Shown here piece after piece: positions 12,570 to 23,400 of a stretch of DNA of 64,000 nucleotides. Both the position numbers and the translations under genes were made by a program. The notes beneath the pieces were generated by a model. It saw nothing but the letters and a program-made list of their open reading frames with translations. It did not search any database and had not been told where the DNA came from. How positions within the stretch are numbered: the stretch's first letter is position 1; every line of letters begins with the position of its first letter. This stretch comes from Thalia democratica (taxonomy: Eukaryota), in contig OZ241828.1 in assembly GCA_965202585.1 (NCBI GenBank), positions 46,438,001-46,502,000 on the forward strand, written 5' to 3'.

Positions 12570-12614
12570 ATCGTTTACTTAGTTTCGATGCTTTATGCAT
12601 CTCCTCAGAACGAT
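12570..12614 (-). ncRNA. Type I hammerhead ribozyme motif within a (TA)n-flanked ~260-bp insertion (~12538-12795)
   Basis: Minus strand reads AUCGUU-CUGAGGA-GAUGC(AUAAA)GCAUC-GAAA-CU-A-AGU-A-AACGAU: 6-bp stem I, 5-bp stem II with G10.1-C11.1, very short stem III (ACU/AGU), GUA cleavage triplet. Confidence 0.8.
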
Positions 12615-13689
12615 AATAAAGAACAAAGTAAGATTTTTAAAGAATAAAACAAAAAAACACATTGTGACGTTTCAACTAAAATTGAATAATTTTAGTTAGC
12701 CTATTTTAAAAACAACTTATGTACAAGTTAACTTATCTTTGCTTTGTTTGTTCTTGTTTTTAGATTTATTTTGTTGTTATTTTTTTTGTTATTTAATATA
12801 TATATGCATATATAATTCAAGCTGAAAGTTAGTTTTAAAACATATTTATTTTAAACTAAATGATTTTTTCAAAAAATTGATTTGAATATGTAAAAAAGTA
12901 ATAATTTAATAAAAACACAATGTAAAGTTTTTAATTATATTAAACGAACCAGTCAACAAAAATAATTTGTTAGTTCACAATTATATTTTTCTTTGTAAAT
13001 TCAGTCTTAAAATAAAATTAATTAACACTTTCAATTCAAAAAACGTAAACTGCACGATTGTTTATGAATCTTTATTCAAAACTGACCCCATTAAATATAT
13101 GTAAATTTAGTTAATGATTAGATTTTTACTAATTAAAAAAAAAATGTTTACAGTAACTTTAACATGTATAAACTTTATGTAGAAAAAGTTTGTTTAAGTA
13201 CTAAAATCAATAGTGAATAAAATAAAATAAAATTTATTATTAATAAATTAACTTATTTATCAAAAAAAGTTGTTAAGCATTGAACACTAACATTTATTTT
13301 TTACAAATTTATATTGACTAAAAAATGACATTTAGTGTTAGTGTACTTAATAAAAATTTTATTTTACATTTTTATAATACAATTTATAAACTAAAAGCTT
13401 TTAATTTAGATTAATTAGTATATATTCCTGTTATAAATAATTTTTTGTACATACTTGTAATTAAAAAAACAAATAAAAATAGTTTAAATGACTTCGAAGT
13501 TTGCATGCATTTTGGGTATAGAGTACAGAAAATGTTTAAATTAAAAAATAAACTATATAAATAAAGCAAATCAACTAGTAAAAAGTTTAAATTTTAAAGC
13601 CAATTTATGCAGTTTTTTACGTACTAGAATTATGTTAAGTTCTTATAAAAAAATTGTCTAAAAAAAGTTTAAATATTAACTTATAAAAA

Positions 13690-14300
13690 TTAAAGCTTTA
13701 TCACAATAAACATATAAAAAACATAAATCAAATCAAAGTCCGTACATTTATTGTAAAAATAAAAAGCAGTTTGCTGTTTAAAATCTAGCAAAACTAAAAA
13801 AGAATAAAACACTATACAAACAGTAACTATATTTAGAAATTTAAAGTACCTGGAATTATTTTTTAATACGATTACAATCGATTTTAATCTTTCGTCTAGG
13901 TTTTTGTATTTACTTTCGTGTAGGTTTTTCTTTTTATGAGGTTCACCCGAGTTAAATCTTTCGATTTGATTGCTTTGACTTTTTTGCTCTTTCATTAATT
14001 TAGCAATACATTTAAATACTCCAGGTTTGGCACACTGCATGACAGCTTTAAACCTTCTGTGCCAACCCTCCACACAATTGTTAGTCCGAAAGCAGTACGA
14101 AAGCGTTCTTTCATTGACATTCCAAAAGGTAATAGGAAACAATGGTGGTTAAGCATCAACACCATTGCTACCAATATAGGTATTAATAAAACACCTAATG
14201 ATTGGTATCTCTTCAGTTGGATTGCTTGAATTAGCATGTATAACTTTAGTAAATATGTAGTTAGAAGTAAAGTTGCAATATATAGTTTTAAATAACGCAT
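13690..14300 (-). pseudogene. Degraded MULE (Mutator-like) transposase C-terminal fragment
   Basis: Translation ...EIPIIRCFINTYIGSNGVDA*PPLFPITFWNVNERTLSYCFRTNNCVEGWHRRF matches the animal MULE transposase motif (YFExTYIG...PLFPxxxWN...RTNNxxEGWHxxF). It has an in-frame stop at ~14145 and decayed upstream sequence. Confidence 0.8.
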
Positions 14301-15791
14301 AAGTTAATGAAAAGTCTTCTTTACAAACAAAGTTTCAAAAGTTATAAGTCGTTTATGACACAATGAAAAGAAAATAAAGCCTTTTCTTATTAGCGCATAT
14401 CACAAAAACAAACCTTTTTTACGATAAAATAAAATGTTTGCATTTTTTATTGCATTTGATTGTTAAAGCATTTTTAATACTCGTTGATTTAACATTTACA
14501 ATTTTGGAAAGAAAGCACAAGCGAAACAAGTAAAAGTTTATGAATAAACAGCTTTTTTGGTTAATAAACGAAACTTTCTTTTTCTCTTTTTCGTCTTTAT
14601 CATGGATCAAAGTAGAAAAAAAAAAGCATATTTCAAAAGATAGGAAAATTGTTGTTATTAGTATTATTTCTTATTAAATATGTAATTGTAACGGTGCTTA
14701 CTTTTATCTTTTTATTTATTCATAAAAGTTAAGTTTATTGTTGAATTCACCCCTTTAGTAGGTATCAAATATTTTTCAATCATTTAAGTATAAATTTCCT
14801 TAACTTTTTTAACCACATTATTACATAAATAAACTGAATAGTTAAACTTTTAGCGTAAAGTACTGACAAAGTTTAAAGTTAGAATATTTCATTTTTACCT
14901 TTTTAAAAGAAGTTACGAACCATCTTTCAAAAAGTTTCATCTTATTTTGTTATAAGTTTTCGTTAGAGTTTTTTAGGTCTTAAAATATTTTCTACTTAAT
15001 TTTTTTATTCTTTAAAAGTTTTAGGCTCAGTTTTTTTAATTTGTATGTTCTAGCTTGACAACTTTTGGTATATATTTTGAATACAACTTTTTCGTATAAA
15101 TTTATTACGTAGTTAATTTTTGCTTAGTTTTATTTTCTTTTTATCGTTTGTTTTATTTGCTAAAGTTTAAAACTTAAAACTTTGAGAATTAATTTTCTAT
15201 AGCTCGTAATAGATTGTAGAAGCATGTGATGTACGACTCGATAACCGAAAGATTCATTCGTACACCAGGTCTTAAGACCATATTTTTTACGCTTTTCATT
15301 TGTCGTTCAACATACGATATTAATTTTAAAAACATTTTTAAAGATCAAAGTAATAAAAGTAACTGAGTGAAATTTAACTCAAAAGACTTTTACACACCAT
15401 GTCTATTATGGATGAGCACTTATTTAAATTTTGTCTTAAACAAACTTAAAATTTTATTGTATTGGGCTCTCTTCATTGACAGAATATTAAAATATAATAA
15501 TAACTAAATAAAAAGCCTTTCGAAAAATATTTAACAGTACTTCTAGTTATTAAATTAATAAATAATAATCTAATATTTTGTTTTAAAAAAAGATTTTTAT
15601 TTCACTGAAGTTTCTTAATTTTAATTAAAAAAAAATTGTTTTAACAGTTTATTAATCGAACAAAAAGCACTAAAAAGTGAATTAAAAGACTAGTTAAAAT
15701 TAAAAGAATATATATAGCGGCCTTTAACAACTAATAGTAAACAATAAATTTGTTAAAAGTTAAAATAAACTTTAAAGTGAGTTTTCTTATA

Positions 15792-15797
15792 TTTATT
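15792..15797 (-). terminator. Candidate polyadenylation signal AATAAA of the giant gene
   Basis: First AATAAA downstream of the stop codon (42 nt). The region is AT-rich, so chance occurrence is likely. Confidence 0.35.
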
Positions 15798-15839
15798 ATG
15801 CAAAAAGATTCACCAACACACCAAATATAAAGTTTTTAT

Positions 15840-16132
15840 CTAAAGTTCGTCGTCACATTTTCTAGAACGGCATCCACATTGGGTTGCGCTCATGTAAGAA
15901 ACGGTTTTTACAGAGTTATCAGGACAAGTAAGTTGCACCATTTTTATTTCAGTTTCTTGTGCGTGACAACAACTGCAAGTTCTTGTAAAGTTTCCAGACT
16001 CGAAAGAGTACACAGAACTGCTGACACAAGCTCCTTCACAAACTGACATTTCAACTGCTGTTTCGCTAGTGCACTCATCGATTGTTAACATTTCTTCGTA
16101 AGTTTTCTTCATTGCACAACTGCTTAGTTTTT
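15840..16132 (-). CDS. Terminal exon: C-terminal cystine knot (CTCK), ending KCDDEL*
   Basis: Acceptor ttttacag. Translation EKLSSCAMKK...CEGACVSS...TCSCCHAQ...TCPDNS...QCGCRSRKCDDEL*. The CxGxC, CSCC and CxC pattern matches vWF/mucin CTCK. Stop TAG at 15840-15842. Confidence 0.92.
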
Positions 16133-19100
16133 CTGTAAAAGATAGATAATAAAGGAAACATTAAATAGTTTTTAGTCGTACTTTTCAACAAACACTGAAA
16201 TAGAAAACTTTTTTTTATAGCGGAGTTAGTAATGGTGAAATTATAAAAAACAACACATATTTTGATAGATAAAGTTAAACAAACCAGTTTCACAGTATTG
16301 ACAGCATCCATCTTCAGTTGCTCTAATCTTGTCAACTGGACAATCTTTATCAAGAGGAGCGCACGAAGGTTTTGAGCAAGTTGTGTAAACTTCCCCAGTC
16401 TCCTTGTTCATCTCACATTTACAAGAGGTGCACGTGTCGTTCTTGGCTGCCCATGTCTGACCAACCTAAAAAGAAAATAATTAATATACTTTTTTACTTA
16501 CAACATTGTAGAAATTATTCTTGTGTATCATTACTTACTGTATGCTCAACTCCATCGTAGTGACAAGTAGTCGGTACGCAGTCTCCACAACAAGCGCCAG
16601 GTACCGGTACGTATGTGTATCCTGAGCTACATCTTCCACACGAGACCGAAGTGCACTTGGCTTCAAACTCGCCAATGCTATTTGGTTCTAATGGACAAGA
16701 ACATTCAGTGCAAATATCTTCATTCCAAGTAGTACCTGGCTTGTAAGACTCGTCGTTGTGAACACACATATCAGGTGGTGAGCAAGATCCTAAAAATTAT
16801 GTTATAATTATTTATAGACTAGTAATTAAACGACCTGATTTTTTGGATTAATTGAGATAAGTTCGAAGGTTTCTTTGAGTTCATGATGACTACTAACATC
16901 ATTAAACAATTTAAAAACTGTGTAAAACATTTAGCATTAAAAGTTCTACTGGTTATAAAAAAAGAATGTTAACTAACGTTGTTTGCAACCACAACTATCA
17001 GTTTCTTCAACAGTAATCCATCCATTTTTACACGTAATTGAAATATCTTGACATTCGTTGCAAACGCATGTTGATTTTTTACAACATGGATTAATTTGTT
17101 CATAAACAGTATGCTCGTTTTCTTTGCAAACAGCTTCCTTACCATCATCGCATACGTCACATTCGCATCTTGTTTGTGTACAGCAGGATGAAATTGAAAC
17201 TTCAACTCTCTTCTCCCAAGACTCGCACTTAAGTTCATTTAATGGACACAAAGAACTGTATATAAGTTATTGAGTTTGATTTAGTTTTTATTTATTACAA
17301 ATAGAACATTAGTTATGATAAATTACCTGTCACAAGTGCAAACTTGTTCGAAAACACTTGGACAACATGACATCTGTTTTGGATGAGTCCATCTAGTAGA
17401 TGTAGTAACTAATTTGAGACCCTTTGATACATCACAAGAAGGTGCAACATACAGTGGACATTGAGTTGAATCACATTCACACTGTGTGGTTTCTACGCAG
17501 CACTTGCTTTGGTCGATCATTTTCTAAATGTTTAAAGATTTTTGCTATTACTTGAAAGTAAATGAATCAAAACTAAAACGTTTATTAGATTTATACACGA
17601 GTAAAAATGAAATTAATAAATATTTACACAGTATATTTTAAAACTAAACTAAATAGTTTTTATAAAAAATCTTTGTTTTTAGACTTTTTAAACATAATCA
17701 AAAAAACTAACTCACCTTGAGCTTGTAACCAAATGCACATTCAGTAACTGCGACTGAACATGTAGAACTATCACATACGCATTGGTATTGCACACAACAT
17801 TGACCTGGGTTTCTAACTTGTAGTTTTTCACCTTCTGAGCAAACTGGTTGCTCAACAGAAGGACACGAAGCTCTATCACATCTTCAGAGAAAAACACCAC
17901 ATCATTAATATTGAACAAATAAAAAAATACAGTCAATTGATTGTTATTTAGATAAACTATTGATACAAATCTAGAAGCATATTGACAAATATAAAAAAAT
18001 ATGTATTACTTACACGCATTCATACTCATTACAGCAACGCCCGTTTTTGATTAATTGAAGCTTGAATCCAGAATCTTCACACGATGGCGCTACTGGACAA
18101 GTTTCTGGCTTGCACTCACAGACTTGAGACTTACAACATTCATCTCCTTGTGATTGTACAAGAACTTCACCGCTCTCGCAATTTGGTAACTCGATAACAG
18201 GGCATAGTTTGTTATTACATGTACACCTAAACTCAACACAACATTCATCGTGAATTACTGACTGAATTTCTTCTGCAACGCCGCAAATCGGTTTTTCAAA
18301 CACTGGACATTTGAAATCCTTAAAAAAGTAATTTAGACTGTATTTTAAAATTTATAGTTAACTAAGCGTAAAAAAAAATAATACAAACTTTGCATGTTTC
18401 CTGAGGTACGCATTCATTAACTTGACAGCATGTGTTTGTAGCAATAGTTTTTGTTATTTCGTTCGGTCGACAAGTTTTCGGAACATCACAAGCTGCAGTC
18501 ATTTGCACCTAAATATCAGAAAATAATTTATAAAAACGTAATAAAACCTAAACAATTTGCTTTGTCGGTTAGTTAGGACTGACTTTGCTGCATTGCTATT
18601 AAATTTTTAAAGCTTAAGTAAAAACAACAAAACTCACAATATTTCCATCATTTGTACATGTACTTGTTACACAAAGGTTATCACTCTTAGTCCATGATTC
18701 TCCAATAAACCTTCCTTTACCAGATTCGTCTACACAAACAGGACAGTTAGATGGTTTTACACAAACTCCGTCGAGTAGAACCTAAGTTTTGTTTAATTAG
18801 TTTAAAATTAAGCTAATAAAGTTTTAAGTTTCATAAGGTTGATAAGGTTCTAAAATACTACAATAAAAAGAAACCATGTTATCGTTACAGAAGCATCCGT
18901 CAGTCAAATATTGTCGAGTTAAAATTGTCTTGTAGTTTGTACATGTTGGTACATCTTTTTGTGCACATGCTTTGTATGTTGTTCCTACAGGGCATTCAAC
19001 TGGGCAAAGTTCATCATTTCTCCAATCAACACAAACTTTGTCGCAGGTTGTACAAGTATTAGCCAATGATGACAGAGCGTGGCAAGGAGTAGCTCCTAAA

Positions 19101-20420
19101 ATTTAAAAAAAAATATTAACCTTTTGTTAAAAATGCTGTAGTTCAATAGAATTTAAACGAACCGTTGCTCAAGTATGATGCACAAGAACCTAAGTACATA
19201 AGTTTATCAACCGAGCACGATGCGAACTGGTTGGCCATAAATTCTCCACATAATTGAATATCACCTATTGTAGCTTCCTTTAATGGCATGAATGAACGAG
19301 GAGCTCCAGAAATTAAGTTAAAGCTATCTATAGTTGCATCAGTGATAGAACCAATCTATAATAGTTTTTTTTCTTTGTAATTTTTAAGTTGCTACATGTT
19401 AAATGACAAAACTTACTTCTACTTCAGTTCCGAAGCAGGTTTCCGATGAACATGCTCCACACAAACCGGTAACTTGGTTTTGGTAGGTGTGTGGCACTGA
19501 TACAGACCAGCTGTGACCGTTTTCAGACATTGAAACTGTCACGCCGCTTGTACTTGACTTCACTGAAGTTTTAGATCTACTACTTTCTACGATGAAGTTG
19601 AATTTTCTTATTAACCCTTCCAATTCTAGTTCATGGTTTTCTCCATCAATTTCAATCTAGAAAATTTTAAATAAATTTGTAAAATAATAAAAACTAGTAG
19701 AAGCTTATAAACTTCACAAACTTTTCCGTTGTTAAAAAGCCTTAAAACGTGGTTTCCAACTTGATCATGGATAGTAATGCTTGTCAAACATACGGCTGAG
19801 TCACACTCAGCTCGTTCTACTGTAACAGCAAAGTCATTTGTTTCTACATCACTAACAAGTGTAAAAGTACCTACACGCGACGAAGATACTAGCTTGTGGT
19901 CGAACATAGTCCAGTAGGTTGAAAGACCCTTGCATACACCTTCAAATAAAGTAAAAACTTGTTATCAGCTTTTTAAATTTTAAGATTTAAACTACTTACA
20001 GCTACAAGTGTATAATGGGCAACAGCCATTTTCAGTGGTAATCAGTACGGGTTCAGAGTTATCTTTACACTTTGGCTTATGCAAAACTGGACAAATCTTT
20101 TTCTGACAGATCGGGTTTCCGTTCTTATCACAAACACATTCTGAGCAGTGGTCGTTTGAATCAGCAAAAACATCACCAGCGTGATAAACTACACCATTTT
20201 TGTCAAGGCATTGAACTTGTTCACATCTGAATAATTTAGTAAAAAATAGTAAAAACGTTAATTTAACATAAAATAGAGTAAGTGTACATATATTATGAAA
20301 ATATATTAATGTATATATACATATATATATAGAAATAACATACACAAAATAAACTTTTGCTTGGTACAGCTGTTTCTGCGTTTAATACGCGTCCTCAGCC
20401 AAGTTTTATTCAATGAAAAA

Positions 20421-20475
<55 letters not shown>

Positions 20476-23400
20476 GATATCAATGTAATGTAATAGTTAT
20501 GTTGAAATAGCAGTAAGTTATAATTTAAGTAGACTTATTTAAGAAATACTAGTCTTAGTATGGTATATTTTATTAAAAAGTTCAAAAAAACATCGGTTGG
20601 TACTAGATTTTGTCAAAAATGGTTACCTGTAAGTTGGACAGCAATCGAACTCTTCTTCTATAAGAACTTTACGTTCTCCATCTTTACAGTAAGTAGATGG
20701 ACATCTTTCCTGAGCACAAAGACACCTATATTCTGGACAACAAGCTCCATCAACATTTATAGCGACCATTTCGTAGTTTTCACCGCAAACTGGTTTTGTA
20801 CTATTGCTACACATGCTGTGGTCACATACGCATTCGTACGTAGGACAACAACCTGTCACCTTCTGAACAAGTTCATATCCATGTGCACATTGTGGTGTAT
20901 CATTTTGTGGACAATCTATAGCAGAACATTGAGTTCCACTTTCTAAGCAAGTGCACTCCTCACAATTCTCGTTCCAGACTTCTCCGATCTAGTTTAGTAA
21001 AATTTACTTAACGAACTCATTGAAATAAAAAAGAAATGTTTAAAGAATCTAGTTTAAGTCTTAAAAAATTTGTAATTGTGCTAAAAAAAAATTACAATTT
21101 TTTTTTTAATTAATGTATTATAAAGAAAATAAACTTTTTTAGTTTTTTTAATTGCATCATAGCATTACAATTTTAACTACAATAAAGAGTATTAGTGCTA
21201 AACTTTAGAAGTATAATGTTTTTACTATAAGGAAACAAAATTTTATTAGAGTAAAAATAAGTCAAATTAAATAACTATATTTAAATTGTCGTTTTTATAA
21301 TGAGATATAGTTATTAAAAAAAAAGTACTACGGGTTTTTATTTAGAGAAAAAAGAAACATAATTATTTTTACTTTTAAAAAACAAATAAATTGTCATTAC
21401 TAGAATTAAAAAGTATAAAGTGCTTTATATACTTTGTCCAACATTTAAAACTGGATAAAAGAAATTAAAAACTAACAGTTTTTGTTCCACTCTCACAAGT
21501 TTTATCAGAAGGAACACAAGATGGACAACAATCGCCAGACAAAATAGTCTGTGAATAACCTTGAGGACATGTAACGGTATCACAAATTTCTTGAGTACAT
21601 TTCGAAATACCACCAATACAAATACAATTTGTACATCCTCTGTTTTCTTTCCAAACTGAGCCACTCTAATTTTGAAAATTTTGAATTTAAAAAATTAACT
21701 TTATAGTATTGAATTGTAAAAATTAAGTCAGAAGAGTGACCATAAAAAAAAACTAACAGTATAATAATTATGTTCAGTAGTACATGGACAGTCTTCGCTT
21801 GAAACACAGTTTCTTCCGTCCCAAACTTGGCTACTAGGGCATGGGAGAGAATCTTTAATATTTATACCTGGGCATGTTTGTAAAGTGTTGTTACTAGACA
21901 AAAGTGAAGAAGATTCAATCTTTTTATCCGCAGAAATAAATGTGTATGCATTGTTATTTGACAATTGCGACACTTTTCCATTTTCGACAAGAACCGGTGT
22001 ATATCCTGCGGCATATCCGCCAGCAAATGGTTTGTCACCGGCCATTGGTTTGCCTCCTACAGCCAATCGTGCTGAGTCAAAGTCTCCGAGGTCTTTGTGA
22101 TCGTCAGCGAACACAATACCGTCGTGATCTCCGTAGTAAGAACCGTCTCCCTTGAATGCTGCTGGCATGAAACCTCCGTCGGTAACAATTGAGCTGTCAC
22201 CGTAGACTTCGTCATCTGCAGCTGGCACTCCTTGGATCACAATGGCTTGTTGAGCTGGAGCTGAATCTCCCTTGAACGGCTTGCCGCTGTCGGCAGCAAC
22301 CGGTGAGTATCCTGCGCCGTATCCGCCAGCAAATGGTCTGTCACCGGCCATTGGTTTGCCTCCTACAGCCAATCGTGCTGAGTCAAAGTCTCCGAGGTCT
22401 TTGTGATCGTCAGCGAACACAATACCGTCGTGATCTCCGTAGTAAGAACCGTCTCCCTTGAATGCTGCTGGCATGAAACCTCCGTCGGTAACAATTGAGC
22501 TGTCACCGTAGACTTCGTCATCTGCAGCTGGCACTCCTTGGATCACAATGGCTTGTTGAGCTGGTGCTGAATCTCCCTTGAACGGCTTGCCGCTGTCGGC
22601 AGCAACCGGTGAGTATCCTGCGCCGTATCCGCCAGCAAATGGTCTGTCACCGGCCATTGGTTTGCCTCCTACAGCCAATCGTGCTGAGTCAAAGTCTCCG
22701 AGGTCTTTGTGATCGTCAGCGAACACAATACCGTCGTGATCTCCGTAGTAAGAACCGTCTCCCTTGAATGCTGCTGGCAAGAAACTTCCGTCGGTAACAA
22801 TTGAGCTGTCACCGTAGACTTCGTCATCTGCAGCTGGCACTCCTTGGATCACAATGGCTTGTTGAGCTGGTGCTGAATCTCCCTTGAACGGCTTGCCGCT
22901 GTCGGCAGCAACCGGTGAGTATCCTGCGCCGTATCCGCCAGCAAATGGTCTGTCACCTGCCATTGGTTTGCCTCCTACAGCCAATCGTGATGGATGGTCG
23001 TAACCCTTGTCCTTATGGTTGTTATCGAAGATAACACCTTGATCGTCTGCAACGTATCCGGCGTTGTCGAAGAACGGAACGTCAAACTTGTTACTGTCAC
23101 TGAGAACTTGTTCGTCAGCGTAGAAAGCGTCACTCAATGCTGGAGCACCTCCAACAATAATGGCTTGTTGAGCTGGTGCTGAATCTCCCTTGAACGGCTT
23201 GCCGCTGTCGGCAGCAACCGGTGAGTATCCTGCGCCGTATCCGCCAGCAAATGGTCTGTCACCGGCCATTGGTTTGCCTCCTACAGCCAATCGTGCTGAG
23301 TCAAAGTCTCCGAGGTCTTTGTGATCGTCAGCGAACACAATACCGTCGTGATCTCCGTAGTAAGAACCGTCTCCCTTGAATGCTGCTGGCATGAAACCTC

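Noticed and set aside
20560-20946. 128-aa plus-strand ORF
   Set aside because: It is an antisense shadow of exon 20627-20988 with no recognisable features.
21728-21757. C-terminus VSFFLWSLF* of the 14,086-aa ORF
   Set aside because: This is intron read-through. The gttagt donor at 21757 joins in phase to the VWC exon at 21665.
21425-21807. ORF-track ORFs 21425-21664 and 21580-21807
   Set aside because: The first is the wrong frame over the VWC exon. The second is largely intronic. The Cys-patterned exon is 21477-21665.
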